A DNA stretch of 64,000 nt, taken from Phyllosticta citribraziliensis. Its lineage: Eukaryota. The stretch covers positions 1,302,001 to 1,366,000 of the forward strand of contig NW_027117346.1 in the NCBI RefSeq assembly GCF_038025025.1, read 5' to 3'. A program made the translations under genes and the position numbers. Below the pieces are notes generated by a model that saw only the letters and a list, made by a program, of their open reading frames with translations, was not told where the DNA came from and did not search any database. Positions 35,736-47,358 of the stretch are shown piece by piece (the stretch's first letter is position 1; each line of letters begins with the position of its first letter).

Positions 35736-37290
35736 ATGGCCTCCGCCTCCGACATCCCGATTCTTGTCCCACCGCGCACGCCCACGCCATCTTCCGATGA
35801 TGATCACCAAGTGGGCCTCGGATTGAACGGGCCTCCTGTCGTCGAGCTATCGCAGGACCCCGATGCCCTCTCACCGCTCTCTGCGACCTTTCCTCAGACC
35901 GTCTCAGCACCAGCCGGTGGCGCCTCGAGCTCTTCTCGTGGACAACTCTCTCCGCGCACGCCTACAAGATACACCTTTATGGATTCCTCACCTGGGGACG
36001 GCGCTCCCTCGGGCGGAAACAGCCCGGAGCTTTCGAGGAACCCGTTCAACTTTCAGCCGCAGCAATATGTCGTAGGCGGCAAATCTCCTCCGAAATCTGT
36101 GAGTGGGCTTTCCAATCGACCCAGAAGCACTCTTCGTGCTAAGACGTTTCTCAGGACCTCGGAAGACGTCGCGGCCACAAGTACAAACACAGCAGCGTCT
36201 CCCACCAGATCTTCCTTGAACCCACTCCCCGCGAACCCCTCAAGGTCCCAGCATCACTGCCCCTACCCACGTTCGCCGAAGTCCGCAGTAGCATGACCCC
36301 CGAGCAAAAGCTCCGAGTCCTTTGGTGTGGGTGCCATCTACTTGTGGGTGGCTTTGTCAAATACAGCGCCCAAGGCTCGACTGCCATGACGGCCTTATCG
36401 CACCTCATGTTCTACGACTTTGTCGGCGCAGGCGTTTGCTGTATTGCGGATATTGGGAGCAACTTTGAGTGTTGGAGGCGCACGAGCCTGAAGCGGCCGT
36501 TTGGGTATGTTGGGCCCACGGGCAGAACCCAGTCTGGGCACATGGCTGACAGCGATCTAGGTTTGAGAGGTTTGAGGTGCTCGCGGGTCTGGCAATGGCT
36601 GTAATTCTTCTTTTTACAGGCTTTGACTTGGTCAGCCATAATCTGCAGCATGCTCTCGAGAACAGCGGTGGTCACGAAGCCCATCATGCCCACCCGGACC
36701 ATTCCAATGAGCGAGTCTCGGCGGGCAGCGTCGATACTGCTGCCCTGGCTGCCATTGTGGCCACGCTCATATCGGCACTTGTGCTGAAGAATCACGCCCG
36801 AATCTCCAAGGTTTTGCGCTTTGCATACCTCGAGTCACTGCCATCGGTCCTCAGCAACCCTTCTCATTTTCTCACCCTCTCTTGCTCCTCGCTTCTCCTA
36901 CTCCTCCCGCTCCTCTCAATTAAGATGTACATTTGGTTGGACCGTACAATCACTGCTACGGTCGCCATTTCGATGACCACCTTGGGCTGCAGGCTCATGT
37001 GGAATCTTGGTCGTATCCTGATGATGTCTTACTCCGGCCCCGGCCTGGAGAGTCTTTTGCGGATGATCGAAGCCGATCCAGCCGTGTCAAATGTCGAAGA
37101 AGCCAAAGTTTGGCAAGTCCACTATGGTCTGTGTCAAGCAAACTTCAAGCTGCGGGTTCGAAGTTTAGATGACATGGCCAGACTGCGGGAACGCATTCAA
37201 AGTCTTGTGCGCAACAAGCTTGGCGGAGGGTACGGAGCTGGTGGGCAGAAATGGGAAGTGAGTACCCAATTACTGTTGGACAAGGACTAA
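35736..37290 (+). CDS. Cation diffusion facilitator (Zrg17-like zinc transporter subunit); two introns (~36099-36154, ~36506-36560)
   Basis: RRRGHKYKHSSVSHQIFLEP, LSHLMFYD, RPFG|FERFEVLAG, His-rich loop GGHEAHHAHPDH, NPSHFLTL, KVWQVHYGLC. Confidence 0.82.
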
Positions 37291-38173
37291 AAAGAACAAA
37301 CAAAACACACGCAAGGGTGGGCTTGCTGCCCACGATCCAGAGCACTGACCGCAGCAAATCGACATTTTGCGGCAATGCCCAACGTCTGCGATCCAGTCGA
37401 TGATGTCAATTGATGTCTTGTGGCAAGGCTGAGACTCTTGTCTTCCATTATACCCCTGGGATCACGTGGAGCGGAGACCTGGAGGCCGCTCATCTCCGAC
37501 TGTCCACACACTTGGTCAGCCACAGCCACGCGCTCGCTCCTCAAAAGTTCGCGAGCCATGGCATAAATCTTGGATGTTTTTCCGTCTGCATTCAGGGTAG
37601 ACCCCGGCCATGAGATCGTCGTCCCAGATCCCTGTCTGCTGACCACGCCTGCTTGATCGAACCTTAAGTGGCTAAACGGCTGGTGTCCAACCGTCGACTT
37701 TCTCTCTTGGCACCTCAATTACCAATTATTCGTCATGGACCACTTCCTTACGTTATTTGCATATTCACTTGGGGCCTTCAGCCTGTTGGAAACTAAACAC
37801 CAACCCCCGTCAATATACGTGCTTCACTGCGGCCGGTCCCCGCCCCTCCCGAGCCTTGAATAGTGAGCTTGGCCGATTTTGCGAGGCATCCGGACGAGCC
37901 GTTCTCGGAAACTGCCAATGCCCGGGTCGTCTGAATGGTCTAGTATAGTCGTCATCCATTTCTTCGTGCCTCGCGCCCCTCGCGCCAATGTCTTTGGGTG
38001 TGCCACAGCCAGCGGGCCAGCCTGTGTGATGGGTCGGAGAATGCGGCGGAGCATCCTGGTCTAATAGACTGTTAGCTTTGTGGATACCTTCTCGAATCGT
38101 GCTTGCTTAAATATGAGATGTGCCCATTGTTCTCCCGCGGTAAGTGTTGAAGCCTACAGTCAAAGACATCAAG

Positions 38174-39917
38174 ATGCATTTCAAGAACATCCTTTTGACG
38201 GCATTCGCCAGCGTTGCCTCAGTCCACGCCCAGACCATCGTCGACGTCTTGAACAACACTCCTGAGCTTTCAACCCTCAGGTCGCTCATCACCCAATTCC
38301 AAGACCTTGTCGACACTCTCTCACAGGCGAGAGACATCACCGTTGTTGCTCCGAGCAACGACGCTTTCACCAAGTTCCTGAACGAAAACCCAGGCGCGGA
38401 TCAGAATCAAGATCTTGTCAAGAACTTGCTCACTTAGTAAGTCGTGGCAAGCAGAGTCCCCCCCACAAGAGACTAACTCGGAAAAAGCCATGTAATCAGC
38501 GGAACTTTCGATGCTGCGGCTATTACGGGTAGCCCAGGTCCAGTTTTCCCCCCTACCTTGCTTACAGATTCGGATTACACTCTGGTCAGCGGAGGTCAAA
38601 GGGTGAAGGGTGCGGCCGAGGGTAGCAGCGTTGTCTTCACCTCGGGACTTTTGAAGACGTCTACTGTCACTCAGGCTGTAAGTTACATGACTTTGTATAT
38701 GATTGTAATGCTGACCCGGTGCACAGGATGTCCGGTTCGAGGGTGGTGTCGCCCATATTGTCGACACAGTCTTGACCATTCCGGCAAAGACTTCCGAGAC
38801 TGCATCGGCGGCTGGTCTTACCCAGCTTGTTGGAGCTCTTCAGACCGCTAATCTGGTTGACGCTGTCGATACAACCCCCGATATCACGGTTTTTGCTCCC
38901 AACGACGACGCTTTCAATGCTATCGCTAGCACTGTTTCTGGACTATCCCAACAGGATCTTGTCAATATTCTTACCTACCACGTTGTCGCTGGCACTGTTG
39001 CCTTCAGCCCATCTCTCTCGGACGGCCAGCAGATCCCAACGCTCAACGGCGCTTCCGTCACTGTCCGTAAAGAAGGCAACACCGTGCGAATCAATGACGC
39101 AACAGTCGTCACTGCTGATGTGCTCCTGAAGGGTGGTGTCGCCCACGTGATTGACCAGTAAGTACCACTCCAAGCATGCCCTTTTTCCCTAGCCCTCCCT
39201 CTGCCTGTTCGTCCTTGCGCCCCTTGGTCGGTCTTGTTTGAATGCGCGAGTCCTCACACGGCCTTTTACTCCGCTTAGGGTCCTCCAACCCTCGTCCGGA
39301 GGAGGAAGAAGAGGTGGTCGGCGCAAGAAGTATTCTAAGGGCGGCTCCTGCGGTGGAGACCACCCATACGAGGTCTAGATCAAGGTTCGACTTTGACCAT
39401 AAGGATTTGCGCCGACCACCACAATTGCTGCCCTTCCCCACAAAAATTCTCCAAACAAAACCTCCGTCATTCCTTCCGACCTCCTGTCGTCCCCCGCCTC
39501 CTCCGAGATCGAGACTGCCGCGGCGAATACCGTTCAGAATCCACCGGCGCACTGGAATCTTCCTCTCCTTCTTCTCCGTCTTTCATTTCTCTCATCTACA
39601 TGACATTCGCACGCCAAAATCAAAACTAACACACGCTTCCCTTACTCAGAGTTCTCCAACCTTCGGGTCAGGCTGGCGCCGGAACAGGCCCGGGTGCCAC
39701 GGGCGGCGGTGCGGGAGGTGGTATGGTTGGCGGTGGCATGAACAATCAGACCAACGTCACCGTCCCTGGAACCAACTTCACCGCCCCTGGTGCGCCCACC
39801 CCGACAACTACGCCTGTCGTCTCTACCGGAGCTGCTGTAGCCAGCTGGGCAGGCATGGCTATCGACAAAGCCATGGCTGCCGGTCTTGCGGCTCTGGCTA
39901 TCGGCGCCGCTATTTAA
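38174..39917 (+). CDS. Secreted tandem fasciclin (FAS1) domain protein; distal last exon (39650-39917) encodes a GPI-anchor-like C-terminus
   Basis: Signal peptide MHFKNILLTAFASVASVHA and two FAS1 repeats (ITVVAPSNDAF..LTYHV..GGVAHIVDTVL; ITVFAPNDDAF..LTYHV..GGVAHVIDQVL), followed by a Gly/Thr/Pro linker and a hydrophobic C-terminus. Confidence 0.88.
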
Positions 39918-42823
39918 GCCACGACAATCGCACGCGTTCGCTGTGTACCACTCAGCGGGAGACACTGCGTGGCTCGGCGGTTTGGCGGCTCTCCCTTCTC
40001 TTTCAACCCCCTCATTGAAGTACTGCGGATGGAAACGGTAATGCTTAGTGCCCAGGGGTTCCTTCTTTCATTTCTCTCGTCTCTCGGATGGAACAAGACG
40101 ACAGAGGCAACAGACTTGACGGCGGCAAAAATCATGTATCGAGTTGGGTGGAATCGTCGCTGCATATACATATCTTTGAAAGGGGTAATTGTGGTGGCTC
40201 GCAGCAGCAACAACCTTGTGATTACGAGTCGTTTGCTTGGGGCCTTTTCCTTCTGTTTGTGTATTCTCCTTCGCGTCAGTCTTTCAGCGACCATAGCCTT
40301 GGTCAGTGGATATTGGTCCAACGGACCGTCCAAACGAATCGTCTGAAGTCCTTGTCTGTTCTCCAGATGCTTGAAGTGATGATTCAAAATTTCGAAGACA
40401 GCAGCTCACAGGTATCATGATACAACAATCCAGAGGCCTTTTCCGGCCTGCCTTCCAACAACCACGATTTCCCACAAAACTCGGAGAGTTCTCTGCTCAG
40501 ATGATAAACCCAACCGCGGCACATTTGTCACAAAGCCCAGTGACAGCCTTACAGGTTATCTTGTAATCCAAAGTTCGCTGATCACTAAATCGACGAGTGT
40601 TCTCCACAGCGAAGTCTGAATTTCGCAATCCAACGCCACTCCCCTCCGCACGTCGTCCGGATACAAACTCCCCACACAGCCTCCCCATCCCTGCTCGACC
40701 CGCCGCACTCGCACAACGCTTCTCCGCCCGCCCCTCTCAAAGCCACCACTCGAGCATCCATGCCCCTGCAATCCGTCTCGGCAAATCTTCCTGCGCGGAA
40801 CTTGCAACCCAGCTCGCGAGCTCGCTAGCTTGTGTGTCCAAGGCAGTCCCAGCCCAACCCACCCCTACAACACACTGCACAGTCAGTCAGGGGTCAGCGA
40901 TGGAGGCAGGCGGGACGATCCGAGCGTGGTTGGTTGGTTGGACCTGTCGAGAGAGGAAAGGGCGGAGATGGGGACGAGCGCGCAAGTTAAGCCAATTGTA
41001 CTGGCATGTGTGCGAGTCAAAACGAGCGAGATGCCGCGACGTCGTGACGTGATGATGACAATGTTATGTTGGGACGGACGTATGTACTCCACACCAACTC
41101 CGACCCAGGCTGGCCGGCCACCTCTGACGAGACGCAAGCGCAAAGATCGAGGACAAGGGCCGACGGGTCAAAAGAAAGGTTGAACGCGCGTTTTGGCCAG
41201 TGCAGGAAGCGGGATCGGCGAGCCAAATGTACAGCGTGCGCTGAAGATGCTCAGCCCGTGCTGTCGTGGTCCGTCGTGCATTTTCCGCTGCTGTCGGGCT
41301 GTCGGTGGCGACCGGGGCCGTTGCTTTTTCTTCTCCGACCGTGAAGGCCGACTGAGTTTGAGCCGTCTCGGTGCATAGACGAGTGTTGGGACGGCGGCGG
41401 TTGGCGGGTTGGCGGGTTGGCATTTCTGTCCTTGGCTGATGCTGGCATGGCGGAAGTGTTGGCATTGGCGGCGCCAGCCTCTTTCTTGTCGCGTCGGCTT
41501 GTCATTGTGTTGTCACTGTTAGTGGGAATTCGCTCATTTCAGACAGACTTGAAGCGATTGCACTGCCTAACGGAGGGGGATGCCCAGAAATTGCGTGATA
41601 GAATGCCCTGTTGTTGCTCTGCACTTGCCAGCATGGATTCCCCAAGATGAAGGAGTCGAAATAGAAAAGCAAGCAAACACTGAACGCATTCAATCGATCA
41701 GAAAGAGCAGCGACGACTACACCAGTACCCAAACGCCAATCCTTCTCGCTGCTTGTTCGTCCGAAGTCGTACTGCAGTACGAAGAACGAGTCGCTCCCCT
41801 GCCGGCAGGCACAGGTACAATAAGCTTAATCCGCCCAGCCCAGCTCAATTCAAAGAGCCGATGCTTGAATCAAGGACTTTGACTGGCGCACGAGGCAGAC
41901 AAGCCGCCGGACACGCAGTAGCCAAACGGCTCGGAACGGCAGTCTGTTCCGAGTCTCCGCGCGTGGCATGGCTCCATCGCGAGGTCAGGTTGCGTGCTGC
42001 GCCGCTGGGCGTGTCAGGTAAGGCTGCTAAATAAGGCACAGAACAAACAATATGTTCGCATGCGTCCACTGTGGCTTGGTATCCTTTTGGCGATCGGATT
42101 GGCGTGCGGGGTGATGAGTCGTTGGATAGTTGATTGACTTTTCGCGTCGCCCCGCAGATCTAGTCCACTGGCCAAACGATGGTGTTCCCACGGTCTCTGG
42201 AATGTTCCCTGGATAGCTAGAATGCTGCGCCTCTTGGTGTACTGTCATTGGAAGCGTCATGTCTGCAACATTGCGTCCTATTGATGAGTTGGCGCCGATG
42301 TAGCCAAGTGTCAGAGCTGAAGTCCACGAGTGACAGCTCCTTACACATCAGATCTGCATGCTTCCAGCACAAAAGTACGTGTATGTTCATAAGCACTACT
42401 GCAGATGGTTCAAGACATGACTGAGTTTCGCCGTCATGACCCCTGCTCTCCAAGACAGGGGTAGCTTTTGGAAAACGGCAACTTGTAACGGAACTCTGGT
42501 TGTCGTATTTTCGGGAGTGACGCTAGAAGCAGTAGTCTTTCCATAAACGCAGTTTGAAGGCGCCACCGCTGGATGATGCAGTTGAGTTGTGGTTTGTAAA
42601 CTAATCGATCTGGGGCATCAAGGTTGAGGCGGCAGACGTTAATGAGATTCGTTACGAATGGGAGGGAGCTCACTAATCTTGTGTATATTTCAATTGTAAG
42701 CGCTTCTCGAGTCGAGGCAAAACAAATATACTGCTGCTACGCTTGCTCTGAGGCGTGGAAACATAACCTCTCCGACCTGATGCCTGATTCTGCGCCTGTG
42801 ATCCACGTCAAAGTGACATCCAC

Positions 42824-44087
42824 CTATCCAGGTTTCCTCAAATCAAGAAGTGCAGCAAGCTTTACCTCATTCTTCTGGCCCCAACCGGCGACTCCTCCCG
42901 ATACCTCTGGCCGAACGTTGACATACCAGTTCCATGCTCTCTTATCCAGGTCTTCTTTGTTCAAAGTTTTGGCCCAGGACTGAAGAAGAAGGTCCAGCGC
43001 TCCCAACAGCAGACCTAGATTGTGATCCTTCTCAGCCTGCTTCGAGACAGCCGATTGCTTGCCCGGATTCTTTTTCTCACGAACATGAAGGGAATCGAAA
43101 GATTTAAGTAGATATGCGCGGGCGGACTCGGCGTTGTGTATTGGAAGGCCACTTGGGTTTGAGGGTGCTTTTTTCGAGGATCCGAGCTTCCGGAGTGCTT
43201 CGAGGTCAACTCCCCACAGAGGTGGCTCGTAGGTAGAAGCATTCTCTTCAACCTGTGGAACTGCTTCAACCTTGGCATCTGCAAAGCCCTCCTGCTTTGC
43301 AACCTGCGCTTCCGAATCTTGGGTCGTGTTTGCCTTGCCCTGTCGATCATCCTCAGATCGCCATTCGTATCCCTCTCTTTTCATTACACGAATCTCTCTG
43401 CCCATGACTTTAGCCGTCGGCTGCCCTTCTCCCCAACCCTCTTGCTCCGCAGTCTTGCCGTTGTCGAGTCCGAGGCTCTGTGCCTTGGTCTGGCTATTCG
43501 CGCTGACAACGGCTTGAGCCAAGCTCAATCGGCTAGAAGGCGGTTGGTCGGGCTTGGTGTAGTTCAAAAGTTGAACGGCAAACGCCAACAGTAAGGGGGC
43601 TCTGTTTGTCACCAGGACGGTATTTCGCAGTTCCTCTTCATCGGTGACAGGCTCCGGCAGTTCCAGCGATGCCTCAACGGCTGCTGGAGTGTCGGGCGCG
43701 TGCTCTACTTTTGCCTTCTTGCTCGCTCCATGATCGACCAAGGAAGTGCGCTTCTTGCTGACGCGTTTCGCAGCATTCAACACCTGCTTTGCCAACTTCT
43801 CGTCCTGAAACACGTTTTGGAGGGTCTCAACTTTGCCTTTGGAAATGTCGGTCGAACTGCCGCGCCAACTGTCTTAGCTTCGTGCCGATATATCGTAAAT
43901 GCAAAGTTCAGCCATAGTAGGGGAGTGGGTTGTTGTAAGTCGCGGCGCATCCACAATGCATTGCGTCATACCTTGAAAGGCCTGCTTTCTGAAGCTCTTG
44001 GACTTTGTTCATGGCAGCTGACAATGGAACTTTGGCCTCTTGGGTGAGGAATCGGAGGAGTGCATGAAAATCGCCAGCTGAAGACAT
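42824..44087 (-). CDS. Conserved-looking fungal hypothetical protein; intron 43857-43971
   Basis: Exon 1 MSSAGDFHALLRFLTQEAKVPLSAAM... splices in frame (GTATGA...GCTAAG...CAG) to the long ORF containing TNRAPLLLAF, RLSLAQAV and YVNVRPEV..GWGQK. Confidence 0.75.
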
Positions 44088-44606
44088 GTTATCGGGGTGG
44101 ATGGAGAGTTGTGGCTAGAAGGGCGGGTGATTGTTTTGGAACAGCATGGCACGCTTGCGCGGTCTCACATGTCTGCATCGGAATTACTTCGGTGATGGTC
44201 GCGTCCGAGCGTGGCCGGCGGCATGCCTGTTGACCTGACGCTCCCTCGACACTGAGGCTCCGGAAGCTTGTTGCGTCCATAGCTCTGGTCTGTACTCCTC
44301 GTCCTCTGACGCTCGACCCTCAGGCATCCTGACAAGAGCTTCCACGAGAGACACGGTAAGCTGTCGAATCTCTTTCTTAAACGTCAATACACACAAATGG
44401 CGTGCTGCAACTAACTTGGTCCAGGATTATCTGCAACTCTACCTCATCACCAGCTGCAGTCCAGCTCTCCTCTCTCCATGTCCCTTCAGACTCGATAGCA
44501 CTCGCCCCTGAGCCGATTTCCTTTCGAACCAACCTTTCGCCGCATAAGACTCATTCCCGTCTGCGGATCGATCGTCGTATTAGAAAGTTGTTTCGCGAAG
44601 CTCGCT

Positions 44607-47018
44607 ATGGACAAGAAAGAGTCATCGGGGACGAAGGATTTCTTCGATGTGTCGGAGAAGCTCAGCGCGCCAGGCAAGAAATCTTTGCGCGAGCGCCAGC
44701 GTGAAGAAGCGGAAGCGAAGCGATTGCGAGACCTCAAGGAAACAGAAGCCACACTCGAAGACTTCCGTAAATCTTTTGGAGTTGACGACGATGAAGACCC
44801 GAGTCCCATACTCAGCAGCTCAGGGCCCCCTCGGATGGGTACGGGCAGGCACTTTGCTCCACGCGGACCGAGAGGTGCCAGTGGACCAGGGTCACTGGGA
44901 CCACCACCTCCTTCGAGGAAAAGGGCTTTCGATGGGGCGCCAAGGGAAGAAAGCAGAGCACTTCCTGGACATAACAACGCTAGCGGTCCAATAGATGCCG
45001 CAAAAGCCTTTCAGGAGTCGGATGATGAGGATGATGGTGCCAAAGGCTCAAAGATCACAGAAAAAGCGTTGCCCAAACCAACTATGCGCTTGTCGTCTCT
45101 CCCACCAAATGTCACTCAGGCGGAAATCCGGAAGTTAATTCCTTCGACACTTTCCGTGGAAGCTGTGAGAATTACGCCTTCTCAAGATCCGGGATCAATG
45201 GACCGTAGGTCAGCGTCAGCCATTGTGACCCTTTCGCAAAACACACCCGCCAAAGATATTGATGCCGTCGTCAATGTCCTGGAGAAACGCTATCTTGGCT
45301 TTGGATACAATCTGTCCATCTCTCGGCACTTGTCTTCGGCAGCACTGGAATCGACCACGGCCAATCTTCCAACAATCGCTTCCTCATCTCAGCCTTTCGG
45401 CGCCAAGACCAAAGTCGCATCCAATCCACAAGGGGCGTCTTTGAGCCGAGCACCACCACCGCCTTCGCTGCGCGGCGCAATCCCGCCCCCAGCATTCTAT
45501 GGATCGCCAGGCTACCAAGGCCAATATGGTAGAGCTTCGGTACCAACGCAAGTCTCGGTCAAACCTCCTTCCGACCTTAAGCAGGTCAAGCTGATCAACC
45601 GGACCATCGAGTCACTCATCAACCTAGGCCCTGAGTTTGAGGCTTTGCTCATGAGCCGTCCGGATGTTCAACGGAGTCAGAGGTGGGAGTGGCTTTGGAA
45701 CCCACGATCACCAGCCGGAGTTTGGTACAGGTGGCGGCTCTGGCAGATCATTACCGGGGACGAATCGCGAAGTACTCGCTTCAGGACCCTTGAGCAGAAG
45801 CTTTTCCAAGAGGGAGTGCCTTGGGTCGCTCCAGAACAACAGCTTCCATTCGAATTCACCACGAAATTTGAGGACATTGTGACCGATCCGGACTACGATT
45901 CCTCTGACGAAGAGGCTTCTGATGATGAGTCGAGAAGGCCAAACATTGGTGTTGCGCAACCCGAGAGCGGACTAGATCAGGATGATCTCAAAGCCTTCCT
46001 CAACCCGTTGAAAAAGAGTAAACTCACACATCTACTCGCTCGATTGCCGACTTCTACAGCCAGGCTTCGCAAAGGAGACGTTGCAAGGGTCTCTGCGTTT
46101 GCCATTAGTCACGCAGACAAGGGAGCCGATGAAATTGTGGAAATGCTCATCGACAATATCATGAAGCCTTTCGCCTTAAGCAAGGCCAACCCTGATGTCC
46201 AGGCGCGTCAAGATGAGGAGAGGAAGGAGGACGAAGAAGCAGAAGCGCGAGGCGAGAAGAAGCCCGAGCATGATCCCTCTTCAGCCAAGTTGATTGGTCT
46301 TTTCATCATTTCGGACATTTTTGCTTCATGCGGCATCTCAGGCGTCAGGCAAGCATGGCGCTATCGAGAATGGTTCGAGGCAGGATTTAAGAAGCGAAAG
46401 GTCTTTGAGCATCTGGGGCGACTTGACAAGGAGTTGCAGTGGGGCAGGCTCCGAGCTGAGAAGTGGAAACGCAGCATCAACAACCTGCTCAATGCTTGGG
46501 ACAGTGGAAACGTCTTTTCACCGGCCGGTCTAGCGCATTTTGTGGAAATCTTCAACAATCCACCGCCCACCGAAGAGGAAAAGCGGGCAGCCGAGAAGAT
46601 TGAGCTAGAAGCGACCAAGGCTGCAACGAAATCGAAGTGGAAAACGGTAGACGTGAGCACTCCACCCCAGCAGGAATCGAGCAAACCTGCGGCACCCCCT
46701 GATGGCACTCATGCCGTTGATGAAGACGTGGACGGGGAGCCAATGGCTGGCGACGACGTAGATGGCGAGCCGATGGACGGAGATGTAGATGGCGAACCGA
46801 TGGAGGCTGATGATGCCGACGGGGAGCCAATGGAGGACGTTACACCAGGGGAACAAGGCGAGGTCAACGGTCAAGCCATAGAGAGAGACGCACGAAATGG
46901 GTCCGACGGCCAGCCGGTGAAGGATGAGCCAGGCCTGGCCGGTGAGACGGAGGCAGCCAAAGCACGGAGGAAGCGACCCAGGGCTGAGGACATGTTTGCA
47001 GATTCGGACGGAGAGTAG
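44607..47018 (+). CDS. U2 snRNP-associated SURP-motif protein (SR140/U2SURP-like: RRM, SURP, CID)
   Basis: RRM-like MRLSSLPPNVT, SURP region GPEFEALLM..WYRWRLW, CID-like KLIGLFIISDIF..AWRYR..WGRLRAEKWK, and acidic DGEPM repeats. Confidence 0.82.
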   Translation: MDKKESSGTKDFFDVSEKLSAPGKKSLRERQREEAEAKRLRDLKETEATLEDFRKSFGVDDDEDPSPILSSSGPPRMGTGRHFAPRGPRGASGPGSLGPPPPSRKRAFDGAPREESRALPGHNNASGPIDAAKAFQESDDEDDGAKGSKITEKALPKPTMRLSSLPPNVTQAEIRKLIPSTLSVEAVRITPSQDPGSMDRRSASAIVTLSQNTPAKDIDAVVNVLEKRYLGFGYNLSISRHLSSAALESTTANLPTIASSSQPFGAKTKVASNPQGASLSRAPPPPSLRGAIPPPAFYGSPGYQGQYGRASVPTQVSVKPPSDLKQVKLINRTIESLINLGPEFEALLMSRPDVQRSQRWEWLWNPRSPAGVWYRWRLWQIITGDESRSTRFRTLEQKLFQEGVPWVAPEQQLPFEFTTKFEDIVTDPDYDSSDEEASDDESRRPNIGVAQPESGLDQDDLKAFLNPLKKSKLTHLLARLPTSTARLRKGDVARVSAFAISHADKGADEIVEMLIDNIMKPFALSKANPDVQARQDEERKEDEEAEARGEKKPEHDPSSAKLIGLFIISDIFASCGISGVRQAWRYREWFEAGFKKRKVFEHLGRLDKELQWGRLRAEKWKRSINNLLNAWDSGNVFSPAGLAHFVEIFNNPPPTEEEKRAAEKIELEATKAATKSKWKTVDVSTPPQQESSKPAAPPDGTHAVDEDVDGEPMAGDDVDGEPMDGDVDGEPMEADDADGEPMEDVTPGEQGEVNGQAIERDARNGSDGQPVKDEPGLAGETEAAKARRKRPRAEDMFADSDGE
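46725..46832 (+). repeat. Four coding repeats of D(V/A)DGEPM within the U2SURP-like gene
   Basis: DVDGEPM-AGD-DVDGEPM-DG-DVDGEPM-EAD-DADGEPM. Confidence 0.85.
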
Positions 47019-47358
47019 GATGGATAATCGTAGTCAGTATCAAAACCCATGATCTGGATGTACACACTGCACTTCACCGAGTCGTGACATGATTGGTGAG
47101 AGCGCGGGGTAGCAGGAGCAAGGGTCTTCGGCTCAACCTCGGATGCTGGAACGCCTGGTGGACTGGGAGAGCACATGATGAAGCTGCCCAAGTTCAACTT
47201 CGATACAACACATCTTACTGCGCAACTACAACCCTCGTCCTCCAAGATCCTACAAAAGCTCCTGGCCCTTCACCCTCGATCCCTACACTCATACACCCTC
47301 GGATGGCAGCATCTCCCCTCTCCCCGCGACACTGAACGGCCCGGAGGCCACCGTCAAC

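Noticed and set aside
32484..37290. Metal-homeostasis supercluster (AA16 Cu protein, Zn CDF, isocyanide cluster)
   Set aside because: These genes are 17-22 kb from the ICS gene with many housekeeping genes between, and the CDF looks like a core Zrg17-type gene.
40400..42800. ORFs in the region after the fasciclin gene
   Set aside because: Short, low-complexity and without codon bias or motifs. Treated as intergenic.
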